Of a stretch of 20,824 nt of DNA, positions 1 to 7,371 are shown piece by piece. A program made the translations under genes and the position numbers. Origin of the DNA: a virus (Duplodnaviria > Heunggongvirae > Uroviricota > Caudoviricetes). The notes under the pieces were generated by a model. That model saw only the letters and a list, made by a program, of their open reading frames with translations, was not told the origin of the DNA and searched no databases. The stretch lies in IMG/VR virus record IMGVR_UViG_2529293076_000030, one strand, 5' to 3'. Each line of letters begins with the position of its first letter. Position 1 is the stretch's first letter.

Positions 1-1143
1 CTATGCTGTTTTGATATCTACGATAATCCAGTCTTTACCACGATCATCATTGTATCGGTCGGTCATTTTTCTGGATTTATGACCTAACAACTTTTGCGTA
101 TCCAGACCCTGTTCCCGATATAACCGTTCTGACAGAGATCGCTGCTCATGAAATGTGGGCGCAGTTCCTTGCTCCCATTTTATGCCACATTTTTCCCTGG
201 CCTTTTTAAAAGCCGTTGTAAGAGTATTTGCAGACACCTGGTCTCCTCTGTTTGCTTGAGAGGTAGTGTGACGGTAATGGACCAGATATTTACTAACAAC
301 AGCATCCCTGCACTGAGATATAACTTCACGAAGGGTAATATTCAGAGCATCGCATTTCAGGTTAAGCGGAATAGCAAGTTTTGAACCGGTTTTTTCCTGA
401 GTAATGTGCAACATGTCGTCCCAGATATCAGAGAATTTCAAATTGCAGATATCGCTTAAACGTTGTCCAGTGACAAGAGCAAGTAGCATCCCGCATTTTA
501 AATAGGGCTGCCGTCTGCTTACGCTGTCAAATATTGCCTGCCATTCGGGCAGTGATAATCTTTGACGGTTTACTCGATTTCGCGGTTGTTTTGTTGCCTG
601 CGCTGGGTTAAATCCTGGCGGAACATGTCCTGCGTGTTGTGCTTCTTTGAAGACGTCGATCAACACCATTCTCACGACTTGCGCCATCCTGTTATGACCT
701 TCAGCCTTTACAGCATCAATTATTTCGGCAATATCAAGTGCGGTAATATCCTTGAGGTGTTGCATTCCACAATGCTCACGGAAAAGACGGATGGGTTTGC
801 CTTTTTGCCGATAGGAGTTGGGTCTTAGTTCATTATGTTGCAGCCTGTCCTCCTGGATAGAATTATATTTATCAAGCCATTCTGTCACCGTAATGTCTGA
901 GCGCCTGCCTTTCATTCTTTCCAGACGCTCATTGACGCTTAATATTTGTCGGGTACGTTGTTCAGCAATAATGGTATTTGCTTCAGTAGCAACTTGTTTT
1001 GCTTCATTCTCATCAGTTCCTAAGCTATGAAAACGACCGGATAGTGGATGTTTGTATTGCCAATATACCTTTCCGGTTCGCTTATCTAATTTGCAATATA
1101 AATTGGGTATAGAGATTTTGTGAGATCGGGGGCTAGCAGCCAT
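1..1143 (-). CDS. int: Lambda-family tyrosine integrase (380 aa); stop codon at window positions 1-3
   Basis: Complete minus-strand ORF. N-terminus (SPRSHK...PNLYCKLDKRTGKVYWQY) and C-terminus (PTFHEQRSLSERLY...LLGHKSRKMTDRYNDDRG) align by eye with lambda Int arm-binding and catalytic regions, including the box-II HxxR and catalytic Tyr context. Recognition from memory. Confidence 0.85.
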   Translation of the reverse strand: MAASPRSHKISIPNLYCKLDKRTGKVYWQYKHPLSGRFHSLGTDENEAKQVATEANTIIAEQRTRQILSVNERLERMKGRRSDITVTEWLDKYNSIQEDRLQHNELRPNSYRQKGKPIRLFREHCGMQHLKDITALDIAEIIDAVKAEGHNRMAQVVRMVLIDVFKEAQHAGHVPPGFNPAQATKQPRNRVNRQRLSLPEWQAIFDSVSRRQPYLKCGMLLALVTGQRLSDICNLKFSDIWDDMLHITQEKTGSKLAIPLNLKCDALNITLREVISQCRDAVVSKYLVHYRHTTSQANRGDQVSANTLTTAFKKAREKCGIKWEQGTAPTFHEQRSLSERLYREQGLDTQKLLGHKSRKMTDRYNDDRGKDWIIVDIKTA

Positions 1144-1369
1144 CAGCGATTATCCGTTGGAGTTTTGGGTTTGCGTTTATTGGGAGTTGCGGTTCTGCAA
1201 GCGTTCCTACAAAACGGGAATTTCGGTCAATCATCCAGTAGCGACCAACTTTTATAGCGGGTGGGGCCATCATTTTCCCTTGCGCGTATTTTTTCAGAAC
1301 TCGCTCACTTGGTGCTAAGTCCCCAAATTCTTCTTTAGCCCAGTCCCGTAAAGTGATTAGTCGAGACAT
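1133..1369 (-). CDS. xis: Excisionase-like small DNA-binding protein (78 aa)
   Basis: Small basic ORF immediately upstream of int, overlapping its start by 11 nt. Strong SD (GAGGAGG on minus strand, + coords 1371-1379) before the ATG. Position and size typical of lambdoid Xis. Confidence 0.6.
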   Translation of the reverse strand: MSRLITLRDWAKEEFGDLAPSERVLKKYAQGKMMAPPAIKVGRYWMIDRNSRFVGTLAEPQLPINANPKLQRIIADGC

Positions 1370-1472
1370 TTGTCCTCCTCTTAGCTGCTGAGGGAGTTTG
1401 TGACCGATATATCTGACATGATATTAAGCTCATGGCAGGTACATCTCTTGACTGGTCATAGAGATAAATTTA

Positions 1473-2297
1473 ATGCTGAGAAATGCAGTATTGAATTTAT
1501 CAATTTTTCACCAGCTTCTGGTCTTTCTGGCTGTCATGCGCAAAACATATGGCTTTAATAAAAAACTGGATTGGGTTAGCAACGAGCAACTTTCCGAATT
1601 AACCGGGATATTGCCGCACAAGTGTTCTGCTGCAAAAAGTGTTCTGGTAAAGCGTGGGATTTTTATTCAGAGCGGGCGGAATACCGGCATTAATAATGTG
1701 GTCAGTGAATGGTCAACATTACCCGAATCAGGTAAGAAAAATAAAGTTTACCTGAAAGAGGTAAATTTACCTGAATCAGGTAAAAAAAGTTTACCCAAAT
1801 CAGGTAAAGGCGTTTACCCGAATCAGGTAAACACAAAAGACAAACTAACAAAAGACAATATAAAACCTTTTTCGTCCGAGAATTCTGGCGAATCCTCTGA
1901 CCAACCAGAAAACGATCTTCCTGTGGTGAAACCGGATGCTGCAATTCAGAGCGGCAGCAAGTGGGGGACAGCAGAAGACCTGACCGCCGCAGAGTGGATG
2001 TTTGACATGGTGAAGACCATCGCGCCATCAGCCAGAAAACCGAATTTTGCAGGGTGGGCTAACGATATCCGCCTGATGCGTGAACGTGACGGACGTAACC
2101 ACCGCGACATGTGCGTGCTGTTCCGCTGGGCATGCCAGGACAACTTCTGGTCCGGTAACGTGCTAAGTCCGGCCAAACTCCGCGACAAGTGGACCCAGCT
2201 CGAAATCAACCGTAACAAGCAACAGGCAGGCATGATAGCCAGCAAACCAAAACTCGACCTGACAAACACTGACTGGATTTACGGGGTGGATTTATGA
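1473..2297 (+). CDS. O: Replication initiator O (274 aa); C-terminal two thirds near-identical to lambda O, N-terminal DNA-binding part divergent and about 36 aa shorter
   Basis: Residues from ~FSSENSGESSDQPENDL to the C-terminus (..TNTDWIYGVDL) match lambda O as I recall it. Central part encodes repeated LPESGKK peptides from the iterons. No SD before the ATG at 1473; the frame opens after a TGA at 1449-1451. Confidence 0.85.
   Translation: MLRNAVLNLSIFHQLLVFLAVMRKTYGFNKKLDWVSNEQLSELTGILPHKCSAAKSVLVKRGIFIQSGRNTGINNVVSEWSTLPESGKKNKVYLKEVNLPESGKKSLPKSGKGVYPNQVNTKDKLTKDNIKPFSSENSGESSDQPENDLPVVKPDAAIQSGSKWGTAEDLTAAEWMFDMVKTIAPSARKPNFAGWANDIRLMRERDGRNHRDMCVLFRWACQDNFWSGNVLSPAKLRDKWTQLEINRNKQQAGMIASKPKLDLTNTDWIYGVDL
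1719..1830. repeat. Replication origin iterons: five 17-bp near-palindromic repeats (TTACCYGAATCAGGTAA-like) inside the O gene, followed by an A-rich stretch (1831-1867)
   Basis: Repeats seen directly at 1719-1735, 1750-1766, 1767-1783, 1791-1807 and 1814-1830. Arrangement (iterons then AT-rich region within the O linker) matches the organisation of ori-lambda, but with five copies and a different repeat sequence. Confidence 0.75.
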
Positions 2298-2995
2298 AAA
2301 ACATCGCCGCACAGATGGTTAACTTTGACCGTGAGCAGATGCGTCGGATCGCCAACAACATGCCGGAACAGTACGACGAAAAGCCGCAGGTACAGCAGGT
2401 AGCGCAGATCATCAACGGTGTGTTCAGCCAGTTACTGGCAACTTTCCCGGCGAGTCTGGCTAACCGTGACCAGAACGAACTGAACGAAATCCGCCGCCAG
2501 TGGGTTCTGGCTTTCCGGGAAAACGGGATCACCACAATGGAACAGGTTAACGCAGGAATGCGCGTAGCCCGTCGGCAGAATCGACCATTTCTGCCATCAC
2601 CCGGGCAGTTTGTTGCATGGTGCCGGGAAGAAGCATCCGTTATCGCCGGACTGCCAAACGTCAGCGAGCTGGTTGATATGGTTTACGAGTATTGCCGGAA
2701 GCGTGGCCTGTATCCGGATGCAGAGTCTTATCCGTGGAAATCGAACGCGCATTACTGGTTGGTTACCAACTTGTACCAGAACATGCGGGCCAATGCGCTG
2801 ACTGACGCGGAATTACGGCGCAAGGCTGCCGATGAACTGACCTGTATGACAGCGCGAATTAACCGTGGTGAGACGATACCTGAACCAGTAAAACAACTTC
2901 CTGTTATGGGCGGTAGACCTCTAAATCGTGCACAGGCTCTGGCGAAGATCGCAGAAATTAAAGCTAAGTTCGGACTGAAAGGAGCAAGTGTATGA
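2294..2995 (+). CDS. P: Replication protein P (DnaB helicase loader), 233 aa
   Basis: Near-identical over full length to lambda P as recalled (MKNIAAQMVNFDREQMRRIANNMPEQYDEKPQ...AKFGLKGASV). ATGA overlap with O stop. Confidence 0.92.
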   Translation: MKNIAAQMVNFDREQMRRIANNMPEQYDEKPQVQQVAQIINGVFSQLLATFPASLANRDQNELNEIRRQWVLAFRENGITTMEQVNAGMRVARRQNRPFLPSPGQFVAWCREEASVIAGLPNVSELVDMVYEYCRKRGLYPDAESYPWKSNAHYWLVTNLYQNMRANALTDAELRRKAADELTCMTARINRGETIPEPVKQLPVMGGRPLNRAQALAKIAEIKAKFGLKGASV

Positions 2996-3294
2996 CGGGC
3001 AAAGAGGCAATTATTCATTACCTGGGGACGCATAAGAGCTTCTGTGCACAGGACGTTGCCGCGGTAACAGGTGCAACCGTAACCAGCATAAATCAGGCTG
3101 CGGCTAAAATGGCGCGGGCAGGAATCCTGGTCGTTGATGGTAAGGTCTGGCGAACGGTGTATTACCGGTTCGCTACCAGAGAAGAACGGGAAGGAAAGGT
3201 GAGCACGAATCTGATTTTTAAGGAGTGTCGCCAGAGTGCCGCGATGAAACGGGTATTGAGGGTATATAAAAGAACATCAATGGGTACACAATGA
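2992..3294 (+). CDS. ren: Ren protein (100 aa), C-terminal end differs from lambda Ren
   Basis: MTGKEAIIHYLGTHKSFCAQDVAAVTGATVTSINQAAAKMARAGILV... matches lambda Ren; the last ~10 residues diverge, consistent with a recombination junction at the 3' end. ATGA overlap with P. Confidence 0.8.
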   Translation: MTGKEAIIHYLGTHKSFCAQDVAAVTGATVTSINQAAAKMARAGILVVDGKVWRTVYYRFATREEREGKVSTNLIFKECRQSAAMKRVLRVYKRTSMGTQ

Positions 3295-3311
3295 TGAAAC
3301 AGGTGAGTTGA

Positions 3312-3346
3312 GTTCAAACTGTAGTACAATTCTCTCCAGTTTGAAC
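3312..3346 (+). promoter_or_regulatory. Perfect 10-bp inverted repeat (GTTCAAACTG / CAGTTTGAAC) with 15-nt loop, 15 nt upstream of emrE start; function unknown
   Basis: Seen directly. No U-tract follows, so not a canonical intrinsic terminator. An SD-like AGGAAAG (3347-3353) follows before the emrE ATG at 3362. Confidence 0.3.
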
Positions 3347-3361
3347 AGGAAAGAATATGTT

Positions 3362-3694
3362 ATGAACCCTTATATTTATCTTGGTGGTGCAATACTTGCA
3401 GAGGTCATTGGTACAACCTTAATGAAGTTTTCAGAAGGTTTTACACGGTTATGGCCATCTGTTGGTACAATTATTTGTTATTGTGCATCATTCTGGTTAT
3501 TAGCTCAGACGCTGGCTTATATTCCTACAGGGATTGCTTATGCTATCTGGTCAGGAGTCGGTATTGTCCTGATTAGCTTACTATCATGGGGGTTTTTCGG
3601 CCAACGGCTGGACCTGCCAGCCGTTATAGGCATGATGTTGATTTGTGCCGGTGTGTTGGTTATTAATTTATTGTCACGAAGCACACCACATTAA
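3362..3694 (+). CDS. emrE: Small multidrug resistance (SMR) efflux transporter EmrE, 110 aa
   Basis: MNPYIYLGGAILAEVIGTTLMKFSEGFTRLWPSVGTIICY... matches E. coli EmrE essentially full length, including the conserved membrane-embedded Glu (E14) context. The ORF-track start at 3308 is an upstream extension. Confidence 0.92.
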   Translation: MNPYIYLGGAILAEVIGTTLMKFSEGFTRLWPSVGTIICYCASFWLLAQTLAYIPTGIAYAIWSGVGIVLISLLSWGFFGQRLDLPAVIGMMLICAGVLVINLLSRSTPH

Positions 3695-3724
3695 AAATAA
3701 TTTCTTTTAAAAGACTGCAATATG

Positions 3725-3757
3725 GCGGTTCATATCTTTACATGGGCCGCTTTTGTT
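3725..3757 (+). terminator. Candidate intrinsic terminator downstream of emrE
   Basis: Imperfect 9-bp stem (3725-3733 / 3742-3750, two G-U pairs), 8-nt loop, then TTTTGTT. Confidence 0.4.
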
Positions 3758-3938
3758 AATGTTTTTAGTTTTTGTGTATTCTTTTGTGCCTTCAAGATTA
3801 TTGCGTAAGCAAATTGCAATACGATTATTGTTGTATATTCAAGATAGTGTGATCGTAATTGTCTTTTTAAATAAAAATTAAACAAAAATTATATCTCACC
3901 ACTAAGGTTTATAAAAGCATAAGTTAGCAGGTGTCACC

Positions 3939-5465
3939 ATGAAAAAAGCCATAGCATATATGCGATTTTCATCACCAGGTCAGATGTCTGGCGACTCATT
4001 AAACCGACAGAGAAGACTTATTGCTGAATGGTTAAAGGTAAATAGTGATTATTATCTTGATACCATAACATATGAAGATTTAGGATTAAGTGCATTCAAA
4101 GGAAAGCATGCACAATCAGGAGCTTTTTCGGAATTTTTAGATGCTATAGAGCATGGTTATATATTGCCAGGAACTACATTGTTAGTTGAAAGTCTGGACA
4201 GACTTTCAAGAGAAAAAGTCGGTGAAGCGATTGAACGTCTGAAATTGATTTTGAATCACGGTATTGATGTTATAACTCTTTGCGACAATACAGTCTATAA
4301 TATTGACTCTTTGAATGAGCCATATTCATTAATAAAAGCCATACTTATAGCACAAAGGGCAAATGAAGAAAGCGAGATAAAGTCAAGTCGGGTTAAATTA
4401 TCATGGAAGAAAAAACGGCAGGATGCACTGGAATCAGGTACGATTATGACGGCGTCTTGTCCGAGATGGCTCTCCTTAGATGACAAAAGAACGGCTTTTG
4501 TTCCAGACCCCGACAGGGTGAAAACTATTGAGCTAATTTTTAAACTCAGGATGGAAAGGCGCTCATTGAATGCAATAGCCAAGTATTTAAATGATCATGC
4601 TGTAAAGAATTTCTCAGGAAAAGAAAGTGCATGGGGGCCTTCTGTAATTGAAAAATTATTAGCGAATAAAGCTCTGATAGGTATATGCGTACCTTCATAT
4701 CGTGCAAGAGGGAAAGGGATAAGTGAAATCGCTGGCTATTATCCCAGAGTCATATCAGATGATTTGTTTTACGCTGTACAGGAAATTCGGTTGGCACCTT
4801 TTGGTATTAGCAATAGTAGCAAGAATCCTATGCTAATAAATCTACTTCGAACAGTTATGAAGTGTGAGGCTTGTGGTAATACCATGATTGTTCATGCGGT
4901 ATCTGGAAGTTTGCATGGCTATTATGTTTGTCCGATGAGAAGATTACATCGATGTGACAGGCCATCAATAAAGAGAGATTTGGTTGATTATAATATCATT
5001 AATGAATTGCTTTTTAATTGTAGCAAAATTCAACCAGTTGAAAACAAGAAAGATGCTAATGAAACTTTAGAGTTAAAAATTATTGAGCTTCAGATGAAAA
5101 TTAATAATTTAATCGTTGCATTGTCTGTCGCGCCTGAAGTTACCGCTATAGCAGAGAAAATAAGACTATTAGATAAGGAATTACGAAGAGCTTTGGTATC
5201 ATTGAAAACTTTGAAGAGTAAAGGTGTAAATTCATTCAGTGATTTTTATGCTATTGACTTAACCAGTAAAAATGGACGAGAGTTATGCCGTACACTTGCC
5301 TATAAAATATTCGAAAAAATCATAATTAATACGGATAATAAAACCTGTGATATCTATTTTATGAATGGCATTGTTTTTAAACACTATCCTTTAATGAAAG
5401 TAATATCCGCCCAGCAGGCGATAAGTGCTCTCAAATATATGGTTGATGGTGAGGTTTATTTTTGA
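3939..5465 (+). CDS. ybcK: Large serine recombinase (508 aa), DLP12 YbcK-like
   Basis: N-terminal resolvase-type catalytic motif (AYMRFSSPGQ, with the putative nucleophilic Ser) followed by a long recombinase domain and a Cys cluster (CEACGN...C...C) typical of large serine recombinases. Matches K-12 YbcK in length and position after emrE. AT-rich codon usage. Confidence 0.8.
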   Translation: MKKAIAYMRFSSPGQMSGDSLNRQRRLIAEWLKVNSDYYLDTITYEDLGLSAFKGKHAQSGAFSEFLDAIEHGYILPGTTLLVESLDRLSREKVGEAIERLKLILNHGIDVITLCDNTVYNIDSLNEPYSLIKAILIAQRANEESEIKSSRVKLSWKKKRQDALESGTIMTASCPRWLSLDDKRTAFVPDPDRVKTIELIFKLRMERRSLNAIAKYLNDHAVKNFSGKESAWGPSVIEKLLANKALIGICVPSYRARGKGISEIAGYYPRVISDDLFYAVQEIRLAPFGISNSSKNPMLINLLRTVMKCEACGNTMIVHAVSGSLHGYYVCPMRRLHRCDRPSIKRDLVDYNIINELLFNCSKIQPVENKKDANETLELKIIELQMKINNLIVALSVAPEVTAIAEKIRLLDKELRRALVSLKTLKSKGVNSFSDFYAIDLTSKNGRELCRTLAYKIFEKIIINTDNKTCDIYFMNGIVFKHYPLMKVISAQQAISALKYMVDGEVYF

Positions 5466-5584
5466 GTAATAATCACTTTTTCAACCGTGCTATGGTATGA
5501 AAGTAAAGTAACTACTATGATATTAACTATCGAGCAAGAATATCCCCAGGCACTCAACAGGGCGCAGGTCAACGTGAATCGGTC

Positions 5585-5776
5585 ATGACACGACACCGAT
5601 TTTGCGGAATCAATGTTGCTTATGAATACAACATCCCGCTTAGTACATGTTCAACACATCAGCAAATTTTGAACTGGGTGTGGCACTTAACTGAAAAAAC
5701 ATGGATGACACAAAATGTTACTCGTCGCTTCATTGAAGTAGCTTGTGGATATCACAAGCTAGACTATCGCCAATGA
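5585..5776 (+). CDS. Hypothetical 63-aa ORF; possibly a gene remnant rather than a real gene
   Basis: ORF only. No convincing SD. C-terminal ...RRFIEVACGYHKLDYRQ is faintly reminiscent of AraC-family C-termini; in K-12 the AraC-type gene ybcM lies at this position. Speculative. Confidence 0.2.
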   Translation: MTRHRFCGINVAYEYNIPLSTCSTHQQILNWVWHLTEKTWMTQNVTRRFIEVACGYHKLDYRQ

Positions 5777-5871
5777 TATTCAATTTTTGATTTTTTAGTA
5801 TCAACCTTCCATAATAATGTCACCGGAGCTTGAACAACTCCGGTGACTTCTGCGCATTTAAGGGGACTTAA

Positions 5872-5970
5872 ATGCGACCACAATCTGAACTCCTTACCTT
5901 GTCACAGATGCAGAAATGCACCTGCGATGTCTTGCATCCAGCGTTTGATCTCTGCGGAGGTGAAGCGTGA
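5872..5970 (+). CDS. ylcH: Small protein YlcH-like (32 aa)
   Basis: ATG 5872; translation [32 protein letters not shown]. Stop TGA overlaps the GTG start of the next gene (GTGA). Position immediately upstream of ybcN as in DLP12. Identity from memory is uncertain. Confidence 0.4.
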   Translation: MRPQSELLTLSQMQKCTCDVLHPAFDLCGGEA

Positions 5971-6422
5971 ACCTCCCACAAGATGGCATCAAATTACATC
6001 GCGGTAACTTCACCGCTGTCGGTCAGCAGATCCAGACTTATCTGGAAGACGGCAAATGCTTTCGCATGGTGCTTAAACCGTGGCGCGAGAGACGCAGTCT
6101 TTCCCAGAATGCACTCAGCCACATGTGGTACAGCGAAATCAGTGAATACCTCATCAGCAGGGGGAAATCGTTCGCTACTTCAGCATGGGTAAAAGATGCT
6201 CTCAAACACACATACCTCGGTTATGAAACCAAGGACCTGGTTGATGTCGTAACCGGCGAAATCACTACTATCCAGTCGTTACGCCATACCTCCGATCTTG
6301 GTACCGGAGAGATGTATGTCTTCCTGTGTAAGGTTGAAGCCTGGGCGATGAATATTGGCTGCCACCTGACTATTCCACAGAGCTGCGAGTTCCAGCTGCT
6401 GCGTGACAAGCAGGAGGCGTAA
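5967..6422 (+). CDS. ybcN: NinB-family protein YbcN (151 aa), GTG start
   Basis: [19 protein letters not shown]...[12 protein letters not shown] matches K-12 YbcN. SD GGAGG at 5956-5960. Confidence 0.85.
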   Translation: MNLPQDGIKLHRGNFTAVGQQIQTYLEDGKCFRMVLKPWRERRSLSQNALSHMWYSEISEYLISRGKSFATSAWVKDALKHTYLGYETKDLVDVVTGEITTIQSLRHTSDLGTGEMYVFLCKVEAWAMNIGCHLTIPQSCEFQLLRDKQEA

Positions 6423-6592
6423 TGGCTACACCGCTTATTCGTGTCATGAACGGACACATCTACAAAGTACCAAATCGTCGTAAGCGTAAACCTGAGCTGA
6501 AGCCATCCGAAATACCAACACTGCTCGGATATACCGCCAGCCTGGTTGATAAAAAATGGTTGCGACTGGCAGCAAGGAGGAATCATGGCTGA
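6422..6592 (+). CDS. ninE: NinE (56 aa)
   Basis: [56 protein letters not shown]. Not in the ORF track (<60 aa). ATG overlaps the ybcN stop (TAATG). Confidence 0.8.
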   Translation: MATPLIRVMNGHIYKVPNRRKRKPELKPSEIPTLLGYTASLVDKKWLRLAARRNHG

Positions 6593-6875
6593 TTTGAGAA
6601 AAGCAGCGCGTAGTCGGGAATGCCAAGTAAGAATCCCTGGCGTATGTAATGGCAACCCTGAAACGTCTGTACTGGCACATATCCGGCTGACTGGATTGTG
6701 CGGCACCGGTACCAAACCGCCAGACTTGATTGCCACCATTGCATGTTCTGCCTGCCACGACGAAATCGACCGCCGCACACATTTTGTCGATGCTGCATAT
6801 GCAAAAGAATGCGCGCTGGAAGGTATGGCGAGAACACAGGTTATCTGGCTGAAAGAGGGGGTTATTAAGGCGTGA
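6585..6875 (+). CDS. ybcO: YbcO (DUF1364 putative nuclease), 96 aa
   Basis: True start is ATG at 6585 ([23 protein letters not shown]...), overlapping the ninE 3' end by 8 nt. The ORF-track start at 6546 is an upstream extension. Cys/His-rich motif. Confidence 0.8.
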
Positions 6876-7234
6876 ATACCTACAGCATCACATTACCCTG
6901 GCCTCCGAGCAATAATCGCTACTACCGGCATAATCGCGGGCGCACGCACATCAGCGCAGAAGGGCAGGCATACCGTGATAACGTCGCCCGAATCATCAAA
7001 GGCTCCATGCTGGATATCGGCCTGGCTATGCCAGTGAAAATCCGTATTGAGTGCCACATGCCGGATCGCCGTCGCCGTGACCTGGATAATCTGCAAAAAG
7101 CCGCTTTTGACGCACTCACCAAAGCAGGTTTCTGGCTGGATGATGCTCAGGTCGTTGATTACCGTGTTGTGAAGATGCCCGTTACCAAAGGTGGGAAGCT
7201 GGAGCTGACCATCACCGAACTGGGGAATGAATGA
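6872..7234 (+). CDS. rusA: RusA Holliday-junction resolvase (120 aa), GTG start
   Basis: [25 protein letters not shown]...[30 protein letters not shown] matches E. coli RusA. GTGA overlap with ybcO. Confidence 0.9.
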
Positions 7235-7371
7235 TGTTTGAGTCTTATATGGCAGAACGTCTTCGCCACCGCTGGATGCGCCTGCGCTTATATCGTTTTC
7301 CTGGTTCTGTTTTGACCGATTACCGGATACTGAAGAATTACGCCAAAACACTGAAAGGAGCTGCCGCATGA
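7231..7371 (+). CDS. ylcG: YlcG-like small protein (46 aa)
   Basis: [46 protein letters not shown]. Overlaps rusA stop and Q start. Confidence 0.6.

Noticed and set aside
148-1030. Plus-strand ORFs (148-384, 562-828, 818-1030) inside the integrase gene
   Set aside because: Antisense to a full-length integrase with conserved motifs. Likely spurious.
1719-1830. Tandem short repeats that could be mistaken for a CRISPR array
   Set aside because: Repeats are 17-bp near-palindromes separated by 0-14 bp with no spacer-sized unique segments. They lie in-frame inside the O gene and are followed by an AT-rich stretch, so they are origin iterons.
1702-2535. Minus-strand ORFs (1702-2028, 1946-2269, 2206-2535) overlapping O and P
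   Set aside because: Antisense shadows of well-supported lambda-like O and P coding sequences. No SD or independent support.
4295-4582. Minus-strand 95-aa ORF inside ybcK
   Set aside because: Antisense within an AT-rich recombinase gene. No start context.
5983-6192. Alternative-frame 69-aa ORF inside ybcN
   Set aside because: Overlaps the conserved ybcN frame. No independent evidence.
6546-6584. Upstream extension of ybcO (ORF-track start 6546)
   Set aside because: The conserved protein begins MADLRKAA at ATG 6585. The extension would overlap most of the ninE 3' end and adds non-conserved residues.
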